Notes: generated from the letters alone by a model not told the origin. Counted from the first letter of the stretch, positions 1 to 15,357 are shown. The stretch is 64,000 nt of DNA from Candidatus Lustribacter sp. (GCA_965277805.1 OZ255842.1:4160001-4224000), one strand, 5' to 3'. Translations and numbers: made by a program.

Positions 1-413
1 GGCGGTGGATGGCCGGCGCTGGCAAACCGAAGCAATCTGCGCGAGCGATCGAAGAGCGCGACTATGGCGGTGGCCGTCTTGTCCGCATCCGAATCGATCA
101 GCATCCGATTCGCGCGCCGGAGGGCGTGCGCCGGATCGTCGCCCGCTTGCGCCGCGCGCTTGATACAGTCGCGCAACATGCACGCGGTATCGTGCTGAAG
201 ATTCCCGTGACCGCTGACGTCGCCGAGGGAGAATGCGATCATGTCTTCCGAGACGTTGAACGTCTCGCACCAGTCGCCCGAAAGCTCGCACGAGCCCTGT
301 GGGATCAGGCGCATGCTTACATCACAACAACCGAACCTCGTAATGCCATGACCGTCTTCGGAAGCGGCCGTATCCAGGCGTTCGATTGACGCCCGCGTTC
401 GTATCTCGTGCAA
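1..413 (-). CDS. PP2C/SpoIIE (RsbU-like) Ser/Thr phosphatase domain protein, partial (3' end runs off window; start TTG 413 or ATG 314)
   Basis: Manual minus-strand translation, not in ORF track: MRLIPQGSCELSGDWCETFNVSEDMIAFSLGDVSGHG...ALRRANRML...TATAIVALFDRSRRLLRFASAGHPP. The GDW, GDVSGHG and SAGHPP motifs are SpoIIE-family hallmarks. Confidence 0.85.
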   Translation of the reverse strand, partial: MHEIRTRASIERLDTAASEDGHGITRFGCCDVSMRLIPQGSCELSGDWCETFNVSEDMIAFSLGDVSGHGNLQHDTACMLRDCIKRAAQAGDDPAHALRRANRMLIDSDADKTATAIVALFDRSRRLLRFASAGHPP

Positions 414-2653
414 GGTGAGGCCCGGACCGTAAAATTGAGGTTGTGTAACCCTACCTTAAGACGGCCACGGCGCCCGGTCAGTACGCTTTTGACGCTTCGT
501 GTTCGAAGACGATCGTCGCCAGCGGCGGCAACGTGATCGTGATCGAATGCAATCGGCCGTGCGCGCCGATCGGCTCGGCCTCTTGCGCGGAGTTGCAAAT
601 CCCGCTTCCGCCATACGCCGGCATATCGCTGTTGAGGCGTTCGCTGTATGTCCCCGGCGTGGGGACGCCCAGCCGGAAGCCGTGCCGGACAACTGGCGTA
701 AAATTCGTGATGACCACGGCGAAGGCGTCTTCCGCGCGGCTCCTGCGCACGAAAGCGACGACCGACTCATCTCGCTGGGAGGTAATCCAGTCGAGCCCCT
801 GCGGGTCGGTATCGAATTCGTGCAACGCCGGCAACTCGCGGTAGAGCGTATTGCAGGCGCGCACGTAGTCCGCAATTCCGCGATGCCCGGCATCGTCGAG
901 CAAATGCCAGTCCAAACTCCGGTCGTGGTTCCACTCACGGAGCTGCCCGAACTCGCCGCCCATGAAGAGCAGCTTCTTACCGGGATGGCCGTACATATAT
1001 CCGAAGAGCGCGCGCAAGTTCGCGCGCCGTTGCCACTCGTCCCCGGGCATCTTCTCGAGCAGAGACCGCTTGCCGTAGACCACTTCGTCGTGCGAGAGCG
1101 GCAAGACGAAATGTTCGTTGAACGCGTAGGTGAAAGCGAAGGTGAGCTGATCTTGATGGTAGCGCCGATTGATCGGGTCTTCGCGCATGTATTCGAGCGT
1201 GTCGTGCATCCAACCCATATTCCACTTGTACGTAAAACCGAGCCCGCCCTCGGAAATGGGTCGCGACACGTTCGGCCAGGCGGTGGATTCTTCGGCGATC
1301 GTGATGCCGCCGGGAACTTGTGAGCTGACCAGCGAGTTGACGCTCTGCAGCAGCGCGATCGCATCGAGATTTTCGCGTCCGCCGTATTTATTCGGTATCC
1401 ACTCGCCGGGCTTCCGGCTGTAATCGAGGTAGAGCATCGAGGCGACGGCGTCGACGCGCAGCCCGTCGATGTGATAGCGATCGAACCAGAACAGGGCATT
1501 TGCGAGCAGAAAATCGGCGACTTCGTGGCGCCCGAAATTAAAAACCAGCGTATTCCAATCCGGTTGGAACCCTTGCCGGGAATCGGCATGCTCGTAGAGC
1601 GCCGTGCCGTCGAATCGGCCGAGACCGTGCGCGTCGGTCGGAAAATGGCCGGGCACCCAGTCGACGATCACACCAATCCCCGCCCGGTGCACGCGGTCGA
1701 CAAAGCGCGCGAAGTCTTGCGGCGAACCGAAGCGGCTCGTCGGAGCGAACATGCCGATCGGCTGGTAGCCCCACGAACCATCGAAGGGATGTTCGGCAAT
1801 CGGCATCAGTTCGATGTGCGTGAAGCCCATTGCGGTAACGTAGGGGATGAGCCGGTCGCCGATCTCATCGTAGGTGAGATAACGATTCGCATCACCGCGA
1901 CGCCACGAACCCAAGTGCACCTCGTAGATCGTGATCGGTGCATCGTAACGGCCCGCGGCCGCGCGCCGTTCCATCCACGCGGCGTCTTCCCACGCGATAT
2001 CTCCCGCCACCGCGACGATCGACGCGGTTCCCGGTGAGGACTCACATGCAAAGGCGAACGGGTCCGCCTTCAGCGGTAGGAGCGTGCCGGCCGATCCGAC
2101 GATTTCGTATTTGTAGCGGCTGCCCATCGAAACCGCGGGCAAGAAGATCTCCCAGATGCCGCCGGTTCGCCGGCGCATCGGATGACGGCGGCCGTCCCAA
2201 TCGTTGAAGTCGCCGACGACCGATACGCGCACGGCCGACGGCGCCCACACCGTAAACGCAAAGCCGGAAACGCCATCCATCGTCCGTTCGTGCACGCCGA
2301 GCATGTCGTACAACCGGCGGTGCGTGCCCTCACCGAAGAGGTACAGGTCGACGTCGCCGGCGATCAAGCCGAACCGGTAAGGGTCCTCGATTTCCAGCGT
2401 GAGCGTGCCGACTTGCAGCCGGAGCCGGTACGCGAACGGCTGCATGCGGCCGGGCATCGATCCGGCAAAGAAACCGGCCGCATGAATGCGGCGCAGCGAT
2501 GCCACGACGGAGCCGTCCGCGGCGTCGACCACCGCGACGCTAGCGGCCTGCGGCAGCATTGCGCGCACCGAAACGGTGCCGCCGGCGATGTGCATGCCGA
2601 GGACCGCAAACGGGTCGCCGTGGCGCGCGTTGACGATCGCCGCAACGTCTTCC

Positions 2654-5943
<3,290 letters not shown>

Positions 5944-5947
<4 letters not shown>

Positions 5948-8900
5948 GATACGCGCCCATCCACGCGCACGATCAGCGCCGGAGAAACGTACGGATCGAG
6001 CCAGACCGACACGACGGGACCACGCCACGAGAAACGTTCTCCGGTGAGCAGGTTCTCACACGCGATCGGCTCGCCGGGCACTATGCCGAGGTCGGCCAGC
6101 GGCAGATGTATGCGTACGTCGCGGCCTCGAAACGGGCTGAGATTCACAGCGATCAAAAGCGTATTGGCGCCGGCGGTCTTGCGATAGAAGAGAACGTCGT
6201 CGTCCTCGGCGTGACAGAAGCTAACGTTTCGCCAATCGCCCAGCGCCGGGTTCGCACGGCGAATGCGGTTCACCGCGCGAATATGTTCGTTGATGTTGCC
6301 GGGAGCATTCCAATCGCGCTGCTTGAGCTCGTATTTTTCCGAGTCGGCGTACTCCTCGCGCTCCGGCAGGGCGCCGTTCTCGCAAAGTTCGAAGCCGCTA
6401 TAGATGCCGTAGAGGCTGCCGAGGGTCGCAGCGAGATAGAGCCGGATGAGAAACGCGGGCCGGCCGCCGGTTTGCAAGAACGGCGGCAAGATGTCGGGCG
6501 TATTCGTAAAGAAGTTCGGCCGGTAAAAGTCGGCCGGCGGCGGCGCTGCGAGTTCGGTGAGGAATTCGGTCAGTTCGCGCTTGGTGTTGCGCCAGGTGAA
6601 GTACGTGTAGGATTGCGTAAAGCCGGCCTTCGCAAGTTCATACATCACTTTGGGCCGCGTGAACGCCTCGGCGAGAAACAACACGTCCGGATGACGGCTG
6701 CGGACTTCGCCGATCATCCACTCCCAAAACGCGAACGGCTTGGTGTGCGGGTTGTCGACGCGAAAGATGCGCACGCCGTGACCGATCCAGAACTCGACCA
6801 CGTCACGCAGCTCGTTCCATAACGCGGGCGCGTGCGGACCGTACCAGTTGAAGTTGACGATGTCCTGATATTTCTTGGGTGGGTTCTCCGCGTATTTGAT
6901 CGTGCCGTCGGACCGGAAGGCGAACCATTCCGGGTGCTCGCGCACGTAGGGATGGTCGGGCGAACATTGCAGCGCGTAATCGAGAGCGACTTCGAGCCCC
7001 CGCGCGTTGGCGGCCGCGACGAAATGGTCGAAGTCCGCGAAGGTTCCAAGGCTCGGGTCGATCGCACGGTGCCCGCCGCTAGCGTTCCCGATGGCCCACG
7101 GGCTGCCGGGATCGCCGGGCGCGGCCTCGAGGCTGTTGTTGCGGCCCTTACGGAACGAGACGCCGATCGGATGGACCGGCGGAAGATAGACGACGTCGAA
7201 TCCGAGCTCGGCAATGCGCGGCAGCTGCAGCTCCGCATCCGCGAAGGTTCCCGGCCGGCCCGGCTGCGAGGACTGCGAACGCGGAAACATTTCGTACCAT
7301 GCGCCCGTTTCGGCCGCGGGCCGGTCGACGGTAAGCGGCAGCGCCGGCTCGTAGCGCGTTGCGTAGCTCCGGTCGGGCGCGAGCTCCATGAGGCGCGCCG
7401 TCGTCCCGCTAAGCAAGACCGCAAGCTTTTCGCCGTCGGACGCTGCGCGATCGAAGGCAGCTACAATGCCCGCAAGGCGTGGGCCCACGGCGTCATCACC
7501 CCGCTCCGCCGCAGCGGCGACCAACGCGCGGCCTTCATTCAGCTCGAGCGCGACCGGCTGTCCGGCAGCATGTTTGAGTTCCGTCCCGTGCGCCCACGTT
7601 TCGAAGTCGTCGGGCCATGCCTCGATCGTGTACTCGTACGTTCCGACGGCGTCGGGCACGAAGTCGCCGCTCCAGCGGTCGTTGCCGAGGGGGTGCATCG
7701 GCGTTTCGTTCCAGGCCGGGGCACCGGTGCGCCGGTAGAGCAGCCCGGCCACAATGGCGTCGTGACCTTCGCGGAAGATATCCACCCCGACGACGAAGCG
7801 CCGGCCCGCGACGCGCTTCACCGCATGCCGGCCGGCGTCGATTTGCGGCGCGATGCCTTCGATAACGCACGGCCGGGCCGCCGCGGCGGGTTCGGCGCCG
7901 GCCGCGCCGGCAGCACGCGCCGGCACGGTGCGCGGAGCCGCCGGAGCAAAGACGCGGATCGTGAGCGGCGGCAACGTGATGTCGCGCGCGGTTGTGCCGT
8001 ATTCGCCCGGCGTCGCTTCCGGCAGCCGCACGCCGTGCACGGCCCGCGAGGCCACATCCGCGTCGATCGTTACGGAAATCGCCGGGCTCGAATTGATCAG
8101 CGCCAACGCTTCGGTGAGCCCGTCTTCCGTTTGCCGCACGAGCGCAAACGCCGTACCGTCGCGATAGAGCGCCCGCGCCGGGCCTTCCTCGTTGAGCGCG
8201 GGAATAGATGCCTTCATCGCATTGACGCCGGCGATGAACGGTGAGAGATCGAAGCGCGGCTGCTCCCAATGCTCCGGGCGCGTGTAGACGACGTGCAATT
8301 GCTCGGCGAAGCCGTACTCGAAGCCCATCGGCATCATCACGCCGCTCGAGAACACCGCCGCGAAAAGATAGCGGAAACGGTATTCGGCTTCGATCGCGGC
8401 ATCGGAGACATCGTTCGCTTCGGCGGCCAGACGCGGCGTATCGTGGCTTTCGGGAAACGCGATCGACGGCGCGATGCTGCGGAACTGCTCGTACTGCTCG
8501 AGGAGCCACGGCGACCGGAAATCCCACCACTTCGCACTATTGAACAAGTAATCGAATCCCGCCGAGCGCAACGCCAGCACGCTCTCGAGCGGCGCCCCGA
8601 GATTTTCGGCAGCGAAGAGCACGTCCGGCATCTCCCGGCGCGCGCCGGCAATCAATGCGGCCCACACGTCGGCCGGAACTTTGTAGGCGGCATCGCAGCG
8701 GAAGCCGCGCACCCCGAGCTCGATGTACTGCTTGATGACGCCCGCGAAGAAAGCGATCATCGCGTCGCGCGCGGGACGGTCGGTGAAATCGAGTTCGGCC
8801 AGGTCCGTCCACACGGTGACGTTCGCGGGATCGGCCGGGTCGGACGCCGAGGGCGACTCGATCTCCCCGGATGCGTCGCGGCGGTACCACTCCGGGTGCG

Positions 8901-9219
8901 CGGTGACGAGATCGGCGTCGCGAGCGGTGTGGTTGATGACCAAATCCATCATCACGCCCACGCGTGCCTGAGCCGCCCGGTCGACGAAGCGCTTGACGAG
9001 CGCCCGATCCGAGGCGCGCGATTTGCCGCGAAAGAGCGGATTCAAGCGCTCGTAGCTCTTCACCGCGTAGAGGCTGCCCGAATAGCCCGTTTCGTGAAAC
9101 GGGTTGACGTAGATCCAGTTGAACTCCATCGCGGCGATGCGCGGCACATGCTCGATCCAGCGGTCGATGGAGCCGGCGAGCGTGGGAAACAGATTGTAAA
9201 TTCGGGGACCTTGCTTCAT
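5944..9219 (-). CDS. glgE: Maltose-1-phosphate maltosyltransferase GlgE with an extra N-terminal GH13 alpha-amylase domain (1091 aa)
   Basis: C-terminal half: [44 protein letters not shown]-terminal half: FRCDAAY, AENLG, ESHDTPR. Confidence 0.93.
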
Positions 9220-9231
9220 CGGTGTCGCTTG

Positions 9232-11415
9232 TTACCCGTTCACGTGGCGCATCATGTCATGGCCGCGGCCGGCCTTCGCGAAGCTTGCGGCGATCGCGTG
9301 CAGACGGCCGTCGACGGCGAGCTCCTCGAGCGTCTCGGAGATGCGCCGGCGCCAGTTCGGATACTCCGTGCTCGTTAGGGGCACGTTGACGGGGTCGCTC
9401 TCTGCGGTGACGTCGTCGATTTGCGCGATGGCGAGCACGGCCTTCGTCCGGGCGAGAAAAGCATGGACCGCGACCAGGATGGCGCCGTAGTTCCGCTCGT
9501 CGCTCAGTGCGAGGAGGTGCTCGCTGCGCAATGCCGCGATGAGAGCAGCCCGCGCGCGCTCGCGCGTCTGACGTTGCTCGGTCACGTCGGCCTCGCGCAA
9601 CAACCCGAGGCGGCAGCGGAGATCGATGTCCGTCTCGTCCATCCAGGCCCGCAGCGTCGGCAGATCGTGGCTCCCGACCACGGCAACGGCTCGCTCCGGA
9701 TAACGTTCCGGCGGAATGAACGCGCCGTCGTCCGGGTCGGTCTCGAAAAAGAGCACGCGGTACGAGAGAATGTTCGCCGCATCCATGCGTTCCCGAAATC
9801 CGGCCGGCACGGTGCCGAGATCTTCACCGATCACGAGGCAATTGTGGCGGTTGCTCTCCAGCGCCAGAATGCCGACGAGATCGTCCAACGGGTAGGCGAC
9901 GTAGGCGCCGTCAGCCGCGTCGTGGCCGTGCGGGATCAGGTAAACATGCTGCAAGGCCATCACGTGATCGATGCGGATCGCGCCGGCATGGCGCATGTTG
10001 GCGCGAACGAGCTCAATGAAGCTGCGATAACCTTCGGCGCGCAGGGCGCGGGGATGAAACGGCGGCAGTCCCCAGTTTTGGCCGGGCGGGTTGTAGATAT
10101 CCGGCGGCGCGCCGACGGACGCCGTCTGCACGACCGCGTCAGCGTTGGCCCAAACTTCGGCGCCGTTCGGGTCGGCTCCGACCGCGAGATCGCGATAGAG
10201 GCCGATCCGCATCCCTGCCGCTTCGGCGGCGCCGGCGGCCGCGGCCAGCTGCTCGTCACAGATCCATTGCAACCATGCGAGAAAGCGAAGCTCGTCGCGA
10301 TTCTCGCTTGCGAAACGGGCGACGGCGTCCGAACCCGGATCACGATATTGCGCGGGCCAGGTGCGCCACTCGCTGCCGCGCGGGGCGCCGCCGGCAAAAT
10401 GGCTGCGCAGCGCTTGAAAGAGCAGCGCTCGCTCGAGCGGCGCACCGCCGTCGCGGATGAATCGTTCGAATGCTTCGCAGCGTTCACCCGATTGCTCGAC
10501 GCACGCGAAGACGAGGCGCAGCACGCGTAACTTCGCATCCGCCACCGCGGCGTAACGAACGTGGCTCGCTGCGCGGTTCGTTTCGAGCTCGGCCTGAAAT
10601 TCAGGCGATGCGACGAGTGCTTGCGCCTCCGCGCAGCCGGCGAACTCCGGTATGGCAGCGGCATCGATGTTCAGGACGTTGAGCAAAAGGCGGCTCGCCG
10701 GCGAATACGGGCTGACGTGTTCCGGGTCATCGATAAACAGCGCGTGCAGCGGGTTCAAGCCCACGACGTCGGCACCGAGCGCCGCGGTCAGCTCGACGAG
10801 TTCGCGCAAGTCGCCGTAGTCACCGATGCCCCAATTTCGCCGCGACCGCAACAGGTAGAGCTGCACGGCCAAACCCCAGGCCTTCTTTTCAACCAGCGCG
10901 TCCGGCAACACGCATTGCTCCGGCGTCACGATCAGCGCCGTCTCCGCCTCCGTTCCTTCGATGCGGAGGTGATGGTAACCGTGCGGCAGCGCGGCCGCCG
11001 GCACCAGCGCGCGCCGTTCCAGGCGGCGTTCATCGATCGATCTCGCCTCAAGCCGGCGCAGTTGCGCGAACGGCACGCTGCCGGAGCGCTCCGAACCATC
11101 TTCGAGCACGATTCGCCAGCACACGTCGCCGGTTTCCGCCGGCAGCGCGATCGGGATCGTGATATCGTTCTTCGCGCTCGTAACGACCGCGGGCGGAAGC
11201 GGTCGCAGCCACTCTTCGCGCTGCAATTGCTCGAGCGCGGTTCCGGCCGCGGCTTCGTCTTCGGCGGGTGCTCCGAACGCCGCCAGCAACGCACGCTTCG
11301 CGGCGTCGGAGGCCGTCCGCTCGTCACCGCGCGCGTCGGTGAACGACGCCTCGATGCCGAACGCCGCCGCGAGCGCGTCGAGTGCGCTCAAAGAGGTTTC
11401 TCGATCGACCAGCAT
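9232..11415 (-). CDS. malQ: 4-alpha-glucanotransferase (amylomaltase, GH77); alternative GTG start 11424
   Basis: WGIGDYGDL, SPYSPASR, YRDLAVG, RIDHVMAL, GEDLG, SHDLPT, PNWRR. Confidence 0.95.
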   Translation of the reverse strand: MLVDRETSLSALDALAAAFGIEASFTDARGDERTASDAAKRALLAAFGAPAEDEAAAGTALEQLQREEWLRPLPPAVVTSAKNDITIPIALPAETGDVCWRIVLEDGSERSGSVPFAQLRRLEARSIDERRLERRALVPAAALPHGYHHLRIEGTEAETALIVTPEQCVLPDALVEKKAWGLAVQLYLLRSRRNWGIGDYGDLRELVELTAALGADVVGLNPLHALFIDDPEHVSPYSPASRLLLNVLNIDAAAIPEFAGCAEAQALVASPEFQAELETNRAASHVRYAAVADAKLRVLRLVFACVEQSGERCEAFERFIRDGGAPLERALLFQALRSHFAGGAPRGSEWRTWPAQYRDPGSDAVARFASENRDELRFLAWLQWICDEQLAAAAGAAEAAGMRIGLYRDLAVGADPNGAEVWANADAVVQTASVGAPPDIYNPPGQNWGLPPFHPRALRAEGYRSFIELVRANMRHAGAIRIDHVMALQHVYLIPHGHDAADGAYVAYPLDDLVGILALESNRHNCLVIGEDLGTVPAGFRERMDAANILSYRVLFFETDPDDGAFIPPERYPERAVAVVGSHDLPTLRAWMDETDIDLRCRLGLLREADVTEQRQTRERARAALIAALRSEHLLALSDERNYGAILVAVHAFLARTKAVLAIAQIDDVTAESDPVNVPLTSTEYPNWRRRISETLEELAVDGRLHAIAASFAKAGRGHDMMRHVNG

Positions 11416-13193
11416 ACGCTCCACGGGGCAAGTACGCCGTTCTCGAGAGCACCTTCGCGCCAGAACTCCATCCCCGCGGCGCTCGGCGCGCCCGCGACCG
11501 GATCAGCACTCAGATTTGCAAGGAGTTCGATCAGCACGCCGTTTTGCGACGTCCAACGCACCGACACGGCGCCCGGGCCGAGCACCGCGTATTCGCCGCC
11601 GTGCTGAATTTGCGGAAGCAGCGGAACGATCACCGCGCGACGGACCTCGAGAATGCGACGGTACCACGCCAGCCATTCGGCGTGCGGTTCTCGCTCGCGC
11701 GCGTTCCAATCGAGTTTCGCCGACGCAAACGTCGCCTCGGCTTCGGGATCGGGAATCGTCTCGCGCACGGCGGGGTCGGCGAACGCGGGGAAACGCGCGA
11801 ACTCTTCACGCCGCCCGCGGCTGACCGCCGCGGCCAACTCGCCGCTGAAGTCGCAGAAAAACGGAAAGGGTTGCTCTGCCGCCCATTCCTCGCCCATGAA
11901 CAGCATCGGAATTTGCGGCAGCAACAGCACGATTGCCGCGATGGCGCGCACGGCTTCTTTGGGCGCGATCGACGTGATGCGTTCGCCGAACGCCCGATTC
12001 CCGACTTGGTCGTGATTTTGGATGAACGCAACGAACGCATCCGGCGGCAGCTCCGCACTCGCTTCGCCGCGCGGCGCCGAGCGATACGGCATCAATTCGC
12101 CCTGAAAGGCGAAGCCTTCGGCCAGTGCGCGGCCGAGCCGTTCGGTGTTGCCGCAATAGTCGACGTAGTATCCGGTGTCCTCGTGCGTCGCAGCCGCATG
12201 CAGCACGTGGTGCACGTCGTCGTTCCACTGCGCCGTGAAGTAACGCGGGTTACCGTCGTTTCCGCGTGCTAAGCGCCGCGCTTCATTTTCCTCGTTCTCG
12301 AGAACCAAATGGATCGGGCGGCCGGTGACGGTCCTGCGAACGCGCTCGGCGAGGGCATCGAGCAGATGGACGGAGCCATCGTCGATGATCTCGTGGACCG
12401 CGTCGAGCCGTAACCCGTCGAGATGGTACTCCTCGAGCCAATAACACGCGTTCTCCATGACGAATTCGCGAACCACTTCGCTGCCGGGACCATCGTAATT
12501 GACGGCGTCGCCCCACGGCGTCTTGTGCCGGTCGGTGAAGAACGCGCGCGCATAGGTCGACAGATAATTGCCCTCGGGGCCGAAGTGGTTGTACACCGCG
12601 TCGAGCAGCACCATGATGCCCTGCGCGTGCGCCGCTTCGACGAAACGCTTGAAATCTTCGGGGCGGCCGTACTGCGAATCCGGCGCGAACGGCAGCACGC
12701 CGTCGTAGCCCCAGTTGAAGCGGCCCGGGAAATCCGCCACCGGCATGATCTCGACCGCGGTAACGCCGAGTTCGTGCAGATGAGGTAAGCGGGCTGCCGC
12801 GCCGGCGAACGTACCCTCGGGAGAAAACGCACCGACGTGCAGTTCGTAGAGAACCGCTTCGTGCCACGGACGGCCGGCCCAAGCATCGTCGCGCCAATCA
12901 TATGCGCGGGGATCGATGACCTCACTTGGCCCGTGCACGTCGTCGGGCTGAAAGCGAGAAGCCGGATCGGGTACCGCAATCCCATTCGGCAACACAAAGG
13001 TATATCGTGATCCCGGCCGCGCCGCAGCCGTGACCAGTTCGTGCCAACCATTATCTCCGGCGACGAGCGGCATTTGCGCGGGTGCGCCGTCGAGCGCGAT
13101 CAGCACCTGCGGTGCATCGGGGGCCCAGATACGAAAACGCACCCCGGCCGGCCCCGGCTCGGCGCCGAACGGCATCGAGCGAGTGCGAATCAT
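11388..13193 (-). CDS. treZ: Malto-oligosyltrehalose trehalohydrolase
   Basis: MPFGAE...PDPASRFQP, WGYDGV, YNHFGPEGNY, RLDAVH, QNHDQVGNR; ATG 13193 overlaps the glgX stop. Confidence 0.95.
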   Translation of the reverse strand: MIRTRSMPFGAEPGPAGVRFRIWAPDAPQVLIALDGAPAQMPLVAGDNGWHELVTAAARPGSRYTFVLPNGIAVPDPASRFQPDDVHGPSEVIDPRAYDWRDDAWAGRPWHEAVLYELHVGAFSPEGTFAGAAARLPHLHELGVTAVEIMPVADFPGRFNWGYDGVLPFAPDSQYGRPEDFKRFVEAAHAQGIMVLLDAVYNHFGPEGNYLSTYARAFFTDRHKTPWGDAVNYDGPGSEVVREFVMENACYWLEEYHLDGLRLDAVHEIIDDGSVHLLDALAERVRRTVTGRPIHLVLENEENEARRLARGNDGNPRYFTAQWNDDVHHVLHAAATHEDTGYYVDYCGNTERLGRALAEGFAFQGELMPYRSAPRGEASAELPPDAFVAFIQNHDQVGNRAFGERITSIAPKEAVRAIAAIVLLLPQIPMLFMGEEWAAEQPFPFFCDFSGELAAAVSRGRREEFARFPAFADPAVRETIPDPEAEATFASAKLDWNAREREPHAEWLAWYRRILEVRRAVIVPLLPQIQHGGEYAVLGPGAVSVRWTSQNGVLIELLANLSADPVAGAPSAAGMEFWREGALENGVLAPWSVCWSIEKPL

Positions 13194-15322
13194 GCCTCGG
13201 CCGTTATCAGCGCGAAAACGGCGACCGACCGCGCTGCGATCGTGTACGCATGATCGCTTTCCACGCGCACCTCTTGAGATTCGAGGGGTGCGTTCGTATC
13301 GGCGAGCCGCAGCCATGTGTCTCCGCCGGTCGTCACCGGCAGAATGAACGGCACGTCTTCGTGATAGGAGTTGAAGAGCAGCAACAGCGTGGCGTCTTGA
13401 CCGAGCCGGTGAATCCCGGTCGGCTGCGCGCGACCGTCGATCCGCATGCCGAACGTACGCGCGCCGTTCCACGCGTCGGGCGCGATCTCGGTGCCCGCCG
13501 GGTTGATCCACGTCACGTCCTTGACGTTCAGCGCTTCGTCATACGCGCCGGTCAAGAAGCGCGTGCGATGCAGGATGGGATATTGATCGCGGAGCCGGGT
13601 CAAGAGGGTCACGAAGGCCACGAGATCCTCGTGGACGTCGCGCAAGCTCCAGTCGACCCACGTGACCTCGTTGTCCTGGCAGTACGCGTTGTTATTGCCG
13701 TTCTGCGTGCGCCGGAATTCATCGCCGGCCAGCATCATCGGCGTCCCCTGGGATAACAGGAGCGTCGCCAGCATGTTGCGCACTTGGCGCGCGCGCAACG
13801 CCTCGATGTCCGGGTCGTCGGTCGGCCCCTCGACACCGCAATTCCACGAGCGGTTGTCGGAACTTCCGTCGCGATTGTCTTCCCCGTTTGCTTCGTTGTG
13901 TTTTTCGTTGTACGTGACGAGATCGTTCATGGTGAATCCGTCGTGCGCCGTGACGAAATTGACGCTCGACCACGGCCGGCGCCCATGATGATTGAAGATC
14001 TCTCCCGATGCGGTAATCGGCGACGTGATCGCCGTGGCCGGCGCTTCACCGCGCCAGTAGTCGCGCACGTTGTCGCGGAACCCGTCGTTCCACTCAGCCC
14101 ATCCCGGTGGAAAGCCGCCGACCTGATACCCGCCGGGTCCGATGTCCCACGGCTCCGCGATCAGCTTTACGTCGTTGAGCACCGGATCCTGAGCGCACGC
14201 GCGCAAGAACCCGCTGTCCGTATCGAATCCCCCCGGTTCACGCGCGAGAATCGTGCCGAGGTCGAAGCGAAAGCCGTCGACGCGCATCTCATTGACCCAA
14301 TAGCGCAGGCTATCGGTCACCATCTGAATCACGCGCCGGTTGGAGAGGTTGACGGTGTTTCCGGTGCCCGTGTCGTTGATGTAATAGCGCTTGTCTTCTT
14401 GCAAGCGGTAGTACGAGGCGTTGTCGATGCCTTTGAACGACAGCGTCGCCCCGCGTTCGTTGCCCTCGGCCGTGTGGTTGTAGACGACGTCGAGAATAAC
14501 TTCCAGTCCCGCCGCATGGAAGCGGGCGACCATTTCCTTGAATTCCTGCAGCACGCGAAACCGGTCGGCAGCGTAACGCGGATCCGGCGCGAAAAAACCG
14601 ATGCTGTTGTAGCCCCAATAATTCGTCAGGCCTTTTTCCAGCAGCTGACTGTCGTTCACGAAGGTGTGAACCGGGAGCAGTTCTACCGCAGTGACGCCGA
14701 GAGACTTGATGTAGGCGATAACTTCGGGGCTGCCGAGGCCTTCGTAGGTGCCGCGCAACGATTCCGCGACCCCGGGATGCCGTTTGGTATATCCGCGGAC
14801 GTGCATTTCGTAAATGATCGTGCGATCCCACGCCACGCGCGGCCGATCGCGTTGCCCGTGCCAATCGAAGCCCGGATCGACGACGACGCATTTGGGAACG
14901 TACGGCGCGCTGTCACGGGTATCGAAGCTCAGGTCCTCATCGGGATCGCCGACGGTATAGCCGAAGCAGGCGTCATTCCATTGCAATTCGCCGATGTGCG
15001 CCCGTGCGTACGGATCGAGCAGCAGCTTGTTTTTGTTGAACCGGTGTCCCGCGCTGGGATCGTAGGGACCATCGACGCGATAGCCATAAATCGTTCCGGG
15101 CCCGATGCCGGGGACGAAGCCGTGCCAAATTTCATTCGTGTATTCGGGCAACCGGATGCGTTCGCGCTCGATCTGACCGGAATCATCGAAGAGGCAAATT
15201 TCGACGCCGGTCGCGTTCGCCGAGAACAGCGCGAAATTTACGCCCTCGCCGGTCCATGTCGCGCCGATTGGATGAGGCAAACCCTCGCTTATTGCTAAAG
15301 GCGCGCTCGCAATGGTAGTCAC
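13190..15322 (-). CDS. glgX: Glycogen debranching enzyme
   Basis: NYWGYNSIGFF, DVVYNHTAEG, DGFRFDL, AEPWD, AHDGFT, GNNNAYCQDN; GTG start 15322. Confidence 0.96.
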   Translation of the reverse strand: MTTIASAPLAISEGLPHPIGATWTGEGVNFALFSANATGVEICLFDDSGQIERERIRLPEYTNEIWHGFVPGIGPGTIYGYRVDGPYDPSAGHRFNKNKLLLDPYARAHIGELQWNDACFGYTVGDPDEDLSFDTRDSAPYVPKCVVVDPGFDWHGQRDRPRVAWDRTIIYEMHVRGYTKRHPGVAESLRGTYEGLGSPEVIAYIKSLGVTAVELLPVHTFVNDSQLLEKGLTNYWGYNSIGFFAPDPRYAADRFRVLQEFKEMVARFHAAGLEVILDVVYNHTAEGNERGATLSFKGIDNASYYRLQEDKRYYINDTGTGNTVNLSNRRVIQMVTDSLRYWVNEMRVDGFRFDLGTILAREPGGFDTDSGFLRACAQDPVLNDVKLIAEPWDIGPGGYQVGGFPPGWAEWNDGFRDNVRDYWRGEAPATAITSPITASGEIFNHHGRRPWSSVNFVTAHDGFTMNDLVTYNEKHNEANGEDNRDGSSDNRSWNCGVEGPTDDPDIEALRARQVRNMLATLLLSQGTPMMLAGDEFRRTQNGNNNAYCQDNEVTWVDWSLRDVHEDLVAFVTLLTRLRDQYPILHRTRFLTGAYDEALNVKDVTWINPAGTEIAPDAWNGARTFGMRIDGRAQPTGIHRLGQDATLLLLFNSYHEDVPFILPVTTGGDTWLRLADTNAPLESQEVRVESDHAYTIAARSVAVFALITAEA

Positions 15323-15331
15323 CCCACGTTC

Positions 15332-15357
15332 TTTCCGACGATGTGAGCGACCCAAAC
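15332..15357 (-). promoter_or_regulatory. Putative SigB/SigF-type promoter of the glgX operon
   Basis: GTTT-N16-CGGAAA-N9-GTG on the minus strand. Confidence 0.55.

Noticed and set aside
9-389. 126-aa plus-strand ORF
   Set aside because: Antisense shadow of the motif-bearing PP2C frame; no recognisable motifs.
9232-9257. GGGTAA 12 nt upstream of glgE as an internal stress promoter
   Set aside because: No GTTT-like -35 at 16-17 nt, and the hexamer includes the malQ stop codon.
13194-13511. N-terminal extensions in the ORF track (treZ, treS, E1a, E2, lacI, atpF, glyA, C39, UDG)
   Set aside because: The extensions overlap neighbouring genes; downstream starts show ATGA coupling or SD motifs.
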